In this document: positions 53,075-64,000 of the stretch, one piece after another
Position numbering within the stretch: position 1 is the first letter of the stretch
Layout of the letters: each line of letters starts with the position of its first letter
Source: Octopus sinensis
Lineage: Eukaryota
Direction: 5' to 3'
Assembly: GCF_006345805.1 (NCBI RefSeq)
Contig: NC_042997.1
Coordinates: forward strand, 74,028,001 to 74,092,000
Length of the DNA: 64,000 nt
Translations under genes and position numbers: made by a program
Notes under the pieces: model-generated
Databases searched by the model: none
What the model saw: the letters and a program-made list of their open reading frames with translations, nothing else
Told to the model about the DNA's origin: nothing

Positions 53075-56000
53075 CGGCTACGGCTGCTATAATGGTACGA
53101 TTATAATTGTAACGGCAATGATGGCCGTCTCCCCACGAGCCAGTCAAAGCTCAAAAATGATAACATTATCGTAGCACCAAAATGTTTTTGGAAACTAAAA
53201 GGAAAACTAAATCAGTATACCAAATCGCTTGTCCTATGGTTAATCTGGAAGCGCGTCCCCCAAGGAAGAGCCAGCCTGGGATCGAAAAGTCATCAACTGG
53301 CACAAACTCTTCTCCGAATACGGACATGGGTGGTCACTTGAACGGGAACTTCCCCAACTCGAGCCCTCGAAGTTCACCACCACAACCACGACAGAAAGAA
53401 AAATGTAAGCGGAACAAATGGACCCGAGAAGAGTATAAAGAAGTAATATACGCTTATTACTATGCATTAGGTAGGCCATCTCAAGAGAGGCACACCGTAA
53501 ACTCTTACAGTATATGGAGAACACAGAATCAAGACAGTAGGCCCTATTTGGACGAGAACAAATTGGCAAATGTGAGGAGGAATATCCTTAGAAATAACAG
53601 ACTCACAGACAGTGAAATAAGCGCGATCAAGCACGCAACGGAAAATGACATAAATATAAGACACAAAGGAAATGAAGAATCAGATGAACAGTATAGCCCG
53701 CCACGAGGCTTAATTGAAAGACTGCCATCTGACCAAAGTATGCAAAGGCCTGAAGATACAAGAAATTCTATTGAACCTGTTAAAGATAGCCAGGAAAATG
53801 ATAAAACAACAGTAACTGAAGATCTCGCATTTGCTGAAGAACACAGAGAGTCTATGGCAGAAATGAGGCAGAAAATCCTGAATACGCTTGAAGTTGTAAG
53901 ACATACAAGTATGAATGATAGAGAACCACTTCATAAACTCTCAAATACAAACTAAAATAAAAAACAAATCAAAATTGGCAACTATGTAACAAATGAAATA
54001 ATACAAGAATTAAAACCTGATTTTACTGAGTTAAATGAAATTATTTACGCTTCTGCTAGGGCAATTGAAACCAGATATATGCCCCCGAAAAAACAAAGAA
54101 AACCAAACCTGGGAAGAAATCAAACTTGGAGAAGTAAAATTGAAAAAGAGATTGAATTTATGAGAGGGGAAATATCAATATTAAATGAACTAATATGTGG
54201 AAATGATGTAGAATCCAGAACAGGAAGAAAGATGAAGAGAAAATTTGGATCCTCACCAAGAAAAGAACTGATATCAATAAAAGAAACGCTGAAGCAAAAA
54301 GTCCAAGCAAAAGCCCAAAGAATACGAAGATTTGAGAAGAGAAACAAGTTTACAAGCAAAATAAGCTGTTCACATCCAATGCCAAAAAGTTCTACAGAGA
54401 AATAGGGAAGGAGAAAGCAACCGTTAAAGACCCCCCTCCCATGGAAGAAGTTCAAAACTTTTGGTAAAGGATTTGGAGTGACAAGAAGACGTACAACATA
54501 AATGCAGACTGGATTATACAAACAGAAGGATACTACCAAAATTTACAACAACAAGCATGGGAAGACATCACAATAGCAGACCTAAGAAAGGCACTCACAA
54601 AGGCCCATAATTGGAAATCCCCCGGTAAAGATAAGGTGCCGAATTTCTGGCTCGCATCGCTCCCATGCGCACACGGTAAGCTAGTTCAGCTGCTCAATGG
54701 AATTATGAGAGACCCAAAGAAAACACCTGAATGGTTAGCAAGTGGTATTACTTACCCACTCCCAAAGAATAACGAAACCAACCTTCCAAAGAACTATCGG
54801 CCTATAACCTGTCTATCCACCACGTATAAAATCCTAACATCTATCCTGTCGGAGAAAACATATGCATTCATGGAGAAGAACGATATTTACCCGATTGAAC
54901 AAAAAGGGTGCCGCCGAGGCTCATACGGATGCAAAAATCAACTGCTAATTAATCGTATGATCCTTGAGAACTGTCACAACAAGCTCAGAAATCTCAGCTC
55001 CGCATGGATTGACTATAAAAAGGCCTTCGATAGTATACCGCATCCATGGATCTTGAGATCGCTGGACATCTTCAAAATTTCCCCTGTGATTTCAAGCTTC
55101 CTGAAGCACAATATGTCGTTGTGGAATACGAATCTCCAATTATACCACTCTAATGGAGTACTTGCCTCAGAGAATATAAACATCAACTGTGGAATTTTTC
55201 AAGGTGACTCACTTTCACCTTTAATATTCCGCATAGCCCTAATACCCCTTACAAGTGAATTAAACAGAACAGGGTATGGGTATAAAATTGCCAATAAAAA
55301 AACAAGCCATCTATTTTATATGGATGACTTAAAACTCTATGGTAAAGACGATAATGAACTTGAAGGCCTATTGCGCACTGTGAAAGCATTCAGCGATGAC
55401 ATCGGGATGGAGTTTGGGCTTGAGAATTATGCCAAGGCCACTTTCCAGAAAGGGAAAGTGAAGACCACAAATTCAGTCGTGCTAGATGTTGACACAGTCA
55501 TAAGAGAGCTTGAGCAAGAACAAACATACAAATATTTAGGGATAAATGAAGGCTCTGGTATTCAGCATGCAAGCATGAAAGAGAAGATCAGGAAGGAATG
55601 TTATAGGAGAGTTCGTGTAGTCCTGAAATCTGAACTAAATGCACGTAACAAGGTGTTAGCTATAAATTCCTTAGCAGTTCCAGTTGTTACTTATAGCTAC
55701 AATGTGTTGAACTGGAATATGAGTGAAGTAAAGAATATAGATAGGAAAATACGCAAGCTGCTGAGTTGTAAAAGGATGCACCACCCAAAGGCAGACGTAG
55801 ATCGCTTTTACCTCCCCAGAGCCCAAGGAGGTCGAGGCCTGATCCAATTTGAACTAGCAAAACAACCACAATTGGACTGGCCAAATATCTTGAAATAACG
55901 AATGACTGGATGCTAAAACTCGTGGAAAATCACGAGAGACGAAAGAAGCTTCATTCTATCATAAAGGAAAGCAAAAAAAATTGCTATTGATCTCGTGCAG

Positions 56001-57015
56001 GATACCCAAACTGAACAACCCGAGGGAAGTACGGCAACTATTGTTGCAAAGAAGGTGAAAATAATGGCAACGAAAAAAGCGCACGAGCAATTGGCTGATA
56101 GGTGGGAGGAGAAACCTCTGCACGGCAAATATGTGGCCCGTAGCAAACAAGCTGATGTTGACCAGAAGCAAACCCATCAGTGGCTACGGAGCTCAGAGCT
56201 AAAATCAGAGAGCGAAAGTTTCATCCTGGCTGCTCAACAGGCCAATGTGATGAAAAATGGAGCAGACCCCAAATGCCGATTCTGCAACGATATGATTGAA
56301 ACAGTGGACCACCTAATCTCTGGATGTAAAGTCTTAGCACCAGTGGAGTATAAATTAAGACATGACAGAGTCGGCCAATATCTACACTGGCTAATAAGTC
56401 GGCATTACAATATCAAAACTGCCGACAAGTGGTATAATCACCACCCTGAAGCTGTAACTGAAGGAGAAAATGTAACGATTCTGTGGGACTTTCCAGTACA
56501 TACAGACCGAACCATCAAAGCCAATAAACCGGATATTGTTGTGAAAGACCAAAACAATAAAGTTTGCTTATTGATCGACATGAGCATCCCCTGTGATCAT
56601 AATATCTCGGCGAAAGAGTTTGACAAGCTCAGAAAATTTAAAGACCTGCTCATTGAAATTGAGAAAATGTGGCATCTCAAGGCGGTTACAATACCAGTGA
56701 TCGTAGGAGCACTAGGAATGATCAAGAAGGGAACCGAAAATTATATTTGAATGATCCCTGGCTTACCATCCCTGCAAGAAGTGCAAAAGATTGTCTTAAC
56801 TGGTACATCACACGTATTGAGAAGAGCATTGTCGATGTGAGAACTATTACTACCCATGTATAATAATTTTACTTTAAAAAATTTTTTTAAATGAACGAAC
56901 TAGTGAGTTTAGTTTAATGGCCTACCAATGTATACTATGAGTTTCTTTGCCCTAGGAGTCGGAAGATACTCGGCAAGAAATGGAAGCAAATTTGAAAGAA
57001 GAAGAAAAAAAGATA
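53075..57015 (+). pseudogene. Near full-length R4/Dong-type RLE non-LTR retrotransposon (single ORF, now broken)
   Basis: Myb-like KWTREEYKEVIYAYY; RT motifs NYRPITCL, WIDYKKAFDSIPH, GIFQGDSLSPL and YMDDLKLY; CCHC CRFCNDMIETVDHLISGC; RLE HDRV..KPDIVVKD..LIDMSIP..K. AAT/AAC tracts on both sides. Confidence 0.92.
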
Positions 57016-57026
57016 ACAATAATAAT

Positions 57027-57062
<36 letters not shown>

Positions 57063-57081
57063 AATAATAATAATAATAATA

Positions 57082-58225
57082 AGGAGAGTGGACGAACGCT
57101 GCTATGCCTCAAGGATCCCTTGAAAAGGAACTTAGCATCAAATTTTCGACCTATAACTTGTTTACCACTAATGTGGAAACTTCTGACCGGCGTCTTGACG
57201 GAAAAGTTATACAACCATCTGGAAAGTAACAATCTACTTCTAGAAGTATAGAAAGGATGCAGGAAATAAAGCGCGAGAACAAAAGATCACTAATTTGTTA
57301 AAACAGACGAAATAAGAAAATGAAGAAATGAAACAAATTACCAGTAGGGAGTACACAAGTAGAGTATGAAAATTATTGCAGTCAGAGCTGAATTCCAAAA
57401 ATCTTATTGAAGTGATAAAATCAAGAGCAGTACCCTTAATCGGATATGGAGTTGGAATTATAGACCGAACCAAATACGATATAAAGCAACTTGACAGAAA
57501 AAACTAGAAAGTTGTTCACAATGTATGGGGCCCTACACCCGAAAGCTGATATCAACCGGCTGTAATTGAGGAGAGACCAGAGTGGAGAGACCAGAGTGGA
57601 GAAACCAGAGTGGAAGAGGCTTAATAACAGTAGAAAATGTGTACAGATGGAAGGAAAGAACTTAGTACAGTATTTACAGAGCAGCACAGAAAAGCTTCTA
57701 AAGACAGTAAATAAAAAACAAGTGATGAAGCGCGTAATAGGAGAAAAGGACAAGAATAAAATACAAAGGGAGCACGTCAGACAGGTCGAAGAGAAACTTC
57801 TGCATGGCCAATCTTGGAGAGTCACTGAAGACGTATGTGGAACAAAATCCTCAGCTTGGCTAAAAAAGGAGCCTAATTGTAGCTGCCGAATATCAAGCGA
57901 TAAAAACAATCAACTTGTGGAAAAAAATATATATATATATATATATGGAGAGAATGTGTCAGAAAAATGTAGACCTGGTGGAAAAATATAATCCCTTAAA
58001 ATTTGAAATAGGAAGAATTTGGAGCATGAGAACAGTAAAGGCCGTGTCTATAAATAATTGGTGCGTTGGGAACAGTAAACAAAGATATAGACAAATGGCT
58101 GAAGGAGATTGGAATAGAATGCCCGGTAGAGCTCCTACAGAAAGTTTATCTGTTAGGGACAGCAAGGATTATCAGGATGGATCTAAGCACCTGAAAGACT
58201 CAACCTGTAAAGCATAACGATGAAG
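57082..58225 (+). pseudogene. Deleted R4/Dong-type LINE copy
   Basis: [27 protein letters not shown], then jumps to post-RT and C-terminal segments. Confidence 0.75.
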
Positions 58226-58229
58226 CAGG

Positions 58230-60500
58230 GTAGCTGCATGAAATCTATGATAAGTTAAGAAATATAGAAGGCCAAGACGACATAAAAATAACTACAGAAA
58301 TGATAAAAAAGCAGTTAAGGAAATTCCCAAACTGGAAGAGCCCAGGACCGGGGGGAGGCCAAGGTAAGAGGGCTACATGAATGGATAGCGTAAAAGCTGG
58401 ATGACTGCTTGCAGGAAAGCACAGTACCCAGGTGGATGGCAAAGGTAAAGACAGTTTTGTGCCAAGGATCCTTAGAAAGAGTAATATCGTATCCAACTTT
58501 CCACCAATAACATGTCTTCCGCTAATGTGGAAACTATTGTCAGGTGCTTTGGACAATGAACTTATAAAAAAGTGGGCTGCTATCTATTGAACAGAAAGCT
58601 GGGGGATGAAAGATCAGCTGTTAATTGATAGACTAATTATCAGACACTGCAAGGGAAGACACACAAACCTGAGCATGGCATATACCACACCGTGGAAATG
58701 TATGGAGGGGCAGAAAACATGAGAAGCTTTATATGGAACAGTATGAAATGTTGGAGATCTGGAGTAACAGCAGAGAATCAAGTATTAGAAGAGGTGAAAA
58801 TCAAAAGAGGAATCTTCCAGGGGAGCTCTGTATACCCTCTGATTTTTGTGCCGGGAATGACCCCCTTGAGTGAAATACTGCAGAAGACAAAGTTGGGATA
58901 TGATCTGCGAAGTGGTACGGGAAAACTGAACCACCTGCTATTCATGGATGAATTGAAATTGTTCATAAAAGTTGAGGCAGAACTGGGCAGCTTAGTCCAG
59001 TTTGTGCGGATTTTCTCAAATGATATCAAGATGGAGTATGGACTCTCAAAATGTTCTGCAATAGTGGTGAAACGAGAAAAGCTTGGCAGGACAGAAGGTA
59101 TTATGGATGCCAAGTAGTAAAATGATGAATGTAATTGAACCTCAGTCCAGTTATAAATACTTGGGAATACTTGAGGCAGATGGAATTAAACACAACAATA
59201 CGAAAGAAAAAACAAAGAAGGAGTACCTGTGGCCTGTGAGAAAAATATTGGCTTCAAAGCTGAAGGCCAGAAACATAATTTCGACAATAAACTCGCGCTC
59301 ATTCGTAGTAGTTCGGTATGGCGCTGAAATCCTGCAGTTGACAGAGGATGAGCTAAAGGAGTTGGACAGGAAGTCAAAAAGGCTCCTAACGATGCATGGA
59401 GTCCATCATCCACGTACAGACACTGATCGTAAATGCATGAAGAGAGCAAATTGGAGACGAGGACAGATAAGTATGGAAGACTGCGTCCGTGTCGAACTCG
59501 GGAGCTTAATGAGATACCTATCCCAAAGTAAGGAAACCTTGCTTGTGTTAGTCAGGAATGGGGGTATATTGAAAGCAGAGAAAAAAGGGGAAAACAAAGG
59601 AAGTAGTACAAAAAGGACATGAAGAGCATTACGCAACAAGGGACTACAGAACTAAAGTTACTGGAAAACATAGGTGGGATTGACTGAAGAAAGGAACACT
59701 GAAAAAATAGACCAATTAGACTTCCAAAAGAAAAAGAATAGTCTAAGCATAGCTTAGACGATTACCAAAAGGCTTTTGACAGTATCTCCCACACCAAACT
59801 TTGTCTATAAACTGGAGGGTTAACCTTAGGAAGGAGCAGGTGTCTCCACTGTGCCAGATTTGTAATAGAGTGGACGAAACCATAGCTCATTTCGTGAACG
59901 AATGCCCTAGACTTGCCCAAAACCACTACAAGGTGTGGCGACACGATGAGGTAACAAAAGTGTTACATTGGAAATTGTGCGAAAAGTGAAGGTGTTGTAT
60001 GAGCACAAGCCGCAGAGAGTGGTGGAGACGGATAACTGCAAAATCCTCAGGGATCTTCCAATTCAAACAGATCAGATACTAGAGCATAATAGATGAGACC
60101 TAGTGGTGGTCGATAAGATGCACCACACGTGCTATATAGTTGATTTTGCGTGTTCTTTTGACCCACGAATAATCAAGAAAGAAGGCGAAAAATAGATAAA
60201 TATAACCCTCTTCAGTACGAAATAGCCCGACTATGGAAAATGAAGAAGGTGAAGACAGTGCCAATTATTGTTGGATACTTCGGGACAGTATCAGAAGGTA
60301 TCAAAAGGAATATAAAGGAAATCGGAATAGAGTACCTAGTAGAACTGTTACAAAAGGTTTGCCTCCTTGGCACGGCCAACATAATTAGGAAAGTATTAGA
60401 TAATTGGGAAGAACAGATAGCATGGTACCGTCGGCTGCAGGCAGCAAGCCTACTACGCATGCAAGACTCCAGGAGTTCCAACAAAACTTGAGATAAATAG
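58230..60500 (+). pseudogene. 5'-truncated, decayed R4/Dong-type LINE
   Basis: RGIFQGSSVYPLIF, LLFMDELKLF, CQICNRVDETIAHFVNEC..RHDEV, VPIIVGYFG; ends at (GAT)n. Confidence 0.85.
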
Positions 60501-60525
60501 AATAAATGATGATGATGATGATGAT

Positions 60526-60575
<50 letters not shown>

Positions 60576-60579
<4 letters not shown>

Positions 60580-63235
60580 CTTTATTGATAGCAATGGGTT
60601 TACATCAAGAAAAAACATTATGGACAGTACAGGACAAATCAAAGAATGTGTAAACACATATAATGTAATAAAAAAGACATTTTAACAATGTATAGTCCTC
60701 AATAGGGAGGAGACGTTCAGTGGCTGCTCATGAAAAACCCCCATATAACCACGGGTGCCCTGACTTCTGAAGCAGATGCCTTTTTCCATTTCCTCTTCTT
60801 CGATTACAGGCGTATGTTCATGGCAGGCCTGTTCACTCGCAACATTCTCGCTACTCTCGTCCCCCTTTTAGCAAAATGGCTAGAAGGTAACACTTCTCTC
60901 TCCTCTCTTATTTCCCTTTTGAAGTGAAACTTGAAGATGTTGATCATGGATTGACCAAAGGGAAAAGTGCTTGTCTTCAGCCCCTTCAATTGCGTCCAAC
61001 ATAAACTTCTTTTGCCATGGCACCAAGCATATGAAGACAGCCTGCCCGTTTAAAAGAAAGCGGCAGGTGATCTTCACGATGGATTCAGTTGATAGCCGGA
61101 TCTGTCCACATGCAACAGCATGTGTTCGACATAAACCTACAGGTTAGCAATGCTCAGGCACTGGACGAGTGCATGCACGACAGTTTCGTCGCCTTGGGCG
61201 CATCTCGGACATGCTCGGCTGATGGCACTTCCGTGCCCGTAGAGTTTATCTGGAACAGGCAAAGCTCCCCGGTAGATTGTTAGGCCAGGGATTTTTGGAA
61301 GTAATCTATCGGTCCCGAGCCGAAAGTTTTCCAGAAGAGAGCGACTAGCCGATCTTCCTCGACACCCAAGGTCTCTCCACGAACGTCGTCGCGCTTTACC
61401 ATTACTAATACTCGATAGAGTGCTTCAATGGACTTTCCACCTATCCCAGTGTCCATCAGGGACGTGAGAAGGCAACCTTGCTGGACCGAGCGTATGATGT
61501 TGAACGGTTCTGTTGAACGGTTGCCTTGAGGACCGTCGCTAAATATAGATGGTCAACCCTATCGAAAGCTTTAGACTGATCTAAATTAATCAGGTCCCAC
61601 CCGTGCCAGGTTATTTAGCCATTTTCTCTATGAAGTATCGCGTGAGCTGGAGGTTGTCATGGATGGATCTTTTCGGATGGCGCATATCTGTGCCTCCCCT
61701 ACGAGATCACCGGCGACAAGCGCCAACCTCGTAGCTGATAACTTGGCCAAAATGTTGAACTCAGCATTTAACAGAGTTATGATCCTGAAGTTATCTATAC
61801 AGTCCCCTTTGTTCAGATTTTTTCTCAGCAACGTCACTGCTCCTCGGCTCACAAAACTGAGAATTCTTCCATTCTGTTGCTATTTGCAGTAAATGTTTGC
61901 CACGAGGTCACTGAATAAATCTGGCTTACAAACGTAAAGCTCGTAGCGCAAAACATCCAAACCAGGCGATTTACCACTCGTGCAGTTAATCATTGCTTCC
62001 CACATTTCAAAGGCTGTCAACGGCTTTTCGCAGCGCCTCGCCTCCGTCGCCGAGAGCCGCGGCAGCCCGTCGAGGTCGGACGTGAAATCCATCTTGTGAC
62101 CCGGCTCATCTCTACTCCGGAATAGTTGAGCTAAACACCACTGAAAGGCCTCAGATATCTGTCTAGATCAGTTATCATTTGCCCGTCGTGGTCGGGCAAG
62201 GATCGGACCGTGAATTTATTACCACGCCGTGCCTATTCCACTTGGGTCCAATGAACTGTTTTCGTCCCTTCGTGTCTAAGAGCACAGGACAACGCAACCT
62301 TCGTGTTTCGCGTTGAAGAATTGGTCGAGTGCCAATCTCGATGCGAACACGTCGCGATGCCTTTTCTAAAAGCCTCGGCAAACGTTCTCATTAGCTCTAC
62401 CTCTACTCTGTTTCTTTCTACTGCTAGTCTTTTTCTAAACATTATCGATTCTATTCTAATTGCCCTTTTTTAGGCGAACCACCATTTATTGTTGCCGATT
62501 GCCCCTTTCAACGTCCGCTTAACTAATTCACTAATCTGGTCTCTGAAAACTTTGCGCGTTGGCAAGGACGCGTTCAATTTCCAGTAACCGGATTCCTGTC
62601 TATGAAGCCTATTTAAGTCAACTTTACAGATCACAAATTTGTGGTCTGTGTAGTCGATTACTTTAAATTGTGTACAGCCTATGCTATCCTTATCAGCTCC
62701 TCTACAGATACAATCTGGATGACCCGATGCGGTTTGGCCAGGTCCACACTGGCACATCAAGGAAATCCAGTCGATACTTGTCAGACAGTTAGAATCGTCA
62801 GATCAGGTTTACGAGGCTTTTGAACCCTCCTCCTCTGTCTACTAACCCTACACAGTCCTACCGTACATCTAAAACTCCGTTCCAATCTTCCACAAACAGT
62901 AGAAAGCGGGACGTTCCCAGGAAAGTTTCCAGATGTCTGAAGAGATCTGGTCGTCCTGCCCCTCTCAGGGCATAGATAGTAACTAGCCTGAATGTATGTC
63001 CTTCGTTGTCGGTCACGTCCAGCACCACCAACTTACTTTCAGAATCCAGGAAGATCGTCCGTATCGCGAGATCTAAATTTTTCCAAAACATCACGGCAAC
63101 TCCGTCTCCTGCTCCCGAAAATGAGTTGGAAGTCCGTGACTCGGAAATTCTGGTTTCACTAATGGCCACCACATTGACATTTAGTGCTATGAGGTCGTTG
63201 AGCAGGTGATCCGCTTCCAAGGCGATCTTTCCTCC
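60576..63235 (-). pseudogene. Tx1/L1-clade LINE ORF2 (APE + RT), decayed
   Basis: VAISETRI, GDGVAVMF, LVTIYA, EDWNGVLD, GYWKLNASL, GKSPGLD, NFRIITLLNAEFNILAK and DQSKAFDRV; 3' end AATAAAGAAAT abutting (CAT)n. Confidence 0.85.
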
Positions 63236-64000
63236 TTGTAATTCTGTCTTGATAGTTCCTATCCGCATTGCATCCTTTTTATGCACCACATTGTTTCCCC
63301 ATAAACCGCTCCAGAACTCCTTAGCTTGATTTGCATCAGGAGCAACATTTTCTCCATTGTCTCCTAATGTTCTGAAGAATTGCTTCGGGTTATTTTTGAG
63401 CAATCTGTTCTCATCGAAATCCTTATTTCTGTTCACAAATCTTCTGATCTTCTGGCTTTCTGCCATGCTCCTCTGTTTTAACTGCTCTATCACCCGTTCT
63501 TCCGTATCTTATATTTGTTCTCTAATTTTTCTCAGTCGGTCTTTTTCCCATTTTTCCAGTTTCCCCTTAACCATTGCTCAATTTTTCCTAGATCTTGCAT
63601 TGCCCGCATTATGTTCCTTCAATGCGTCGTTTCCACCATGGTTCTTTTGCTCCGCCATTTTTTGTTTTCTTAAGTTGTAATTTCTCCTCAGCAAGCAGTG
63701 CAATATCTCGGAGAAGATTCCTTGTTTGTGTTATGTCCTGCGTCTGGATGTATGGTATGACAGTATTTATCCTTTGTATTACTTTATTTATTATACTCCT
63801 ATCTACCCTTCTCATATTCACGGGGAGTTTTCCTTCTGGAGCATTCATCAACTCGGTGAGTCGTCTTTGAATTTCAATCAATTCATTATATAGTTGGTTC
63901 ATTTCCTCTGCATGTCCACCCACCACAGTATCAGGGTCCACTGTATAACGTTCTTGTTCCTCATATGAGCGAGTACCAAGTCAAGTTATGCAGGAGGATG
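63235..64000 (-). pseudogene. R4/Dong-type LINE N-terminal region (runs off the window)
   Basis: KEPWWKRRIEG and QKIRRFVNRNKDFDENRLLKNNPKQFFR..AKEFWSGLW parallel the equivalent region at 54.1-54.5 kb. Confidence 0.8.

Overview
Repeat-saturated, AT-rich animal genomic DNA with no recognisable host gene. The SINE families and the TA/CA/TACA/AAT microsatellite load resemble octopus/coleoid cephalopod assemblies (inference). The window is almost all mobile DNA. Retroelements: at least five Penelope-like element (PLE) remnants, a decayed CR1-type LINE, an RTE 3' end, a Tx1/L1-type LINE, an ORF1-only (HAL1-like) element with a 15-bp TSD, about ten tRNA-derived SINEs, and a 49-64 kb cluster of R4/Dong-type restriction-like-endonuclease (RLE) LINEs joined by microsatellites. 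DNA transposons and nested elements: non-autonomous Helitrons, a mariner fragment, and a minus-strand Gypsy element carrying a hAT transposon that itself carries two TIR elements, all three insertions with clean TSDs. The most notable unannotated layer is RNA structure. At least five sequence-distinct families of minimal hammerhead ribozyme (HHR) motifs are readable by eye. One sits in a 425-bp terminally redundant, non-coding retrozyme-like unit, and a degenerate one forms the tail of a tRNA-headed SINE. All transposon ORFs are broken. Boundaries were read by hand and are approximate unless a TSD or TIR is quoted.
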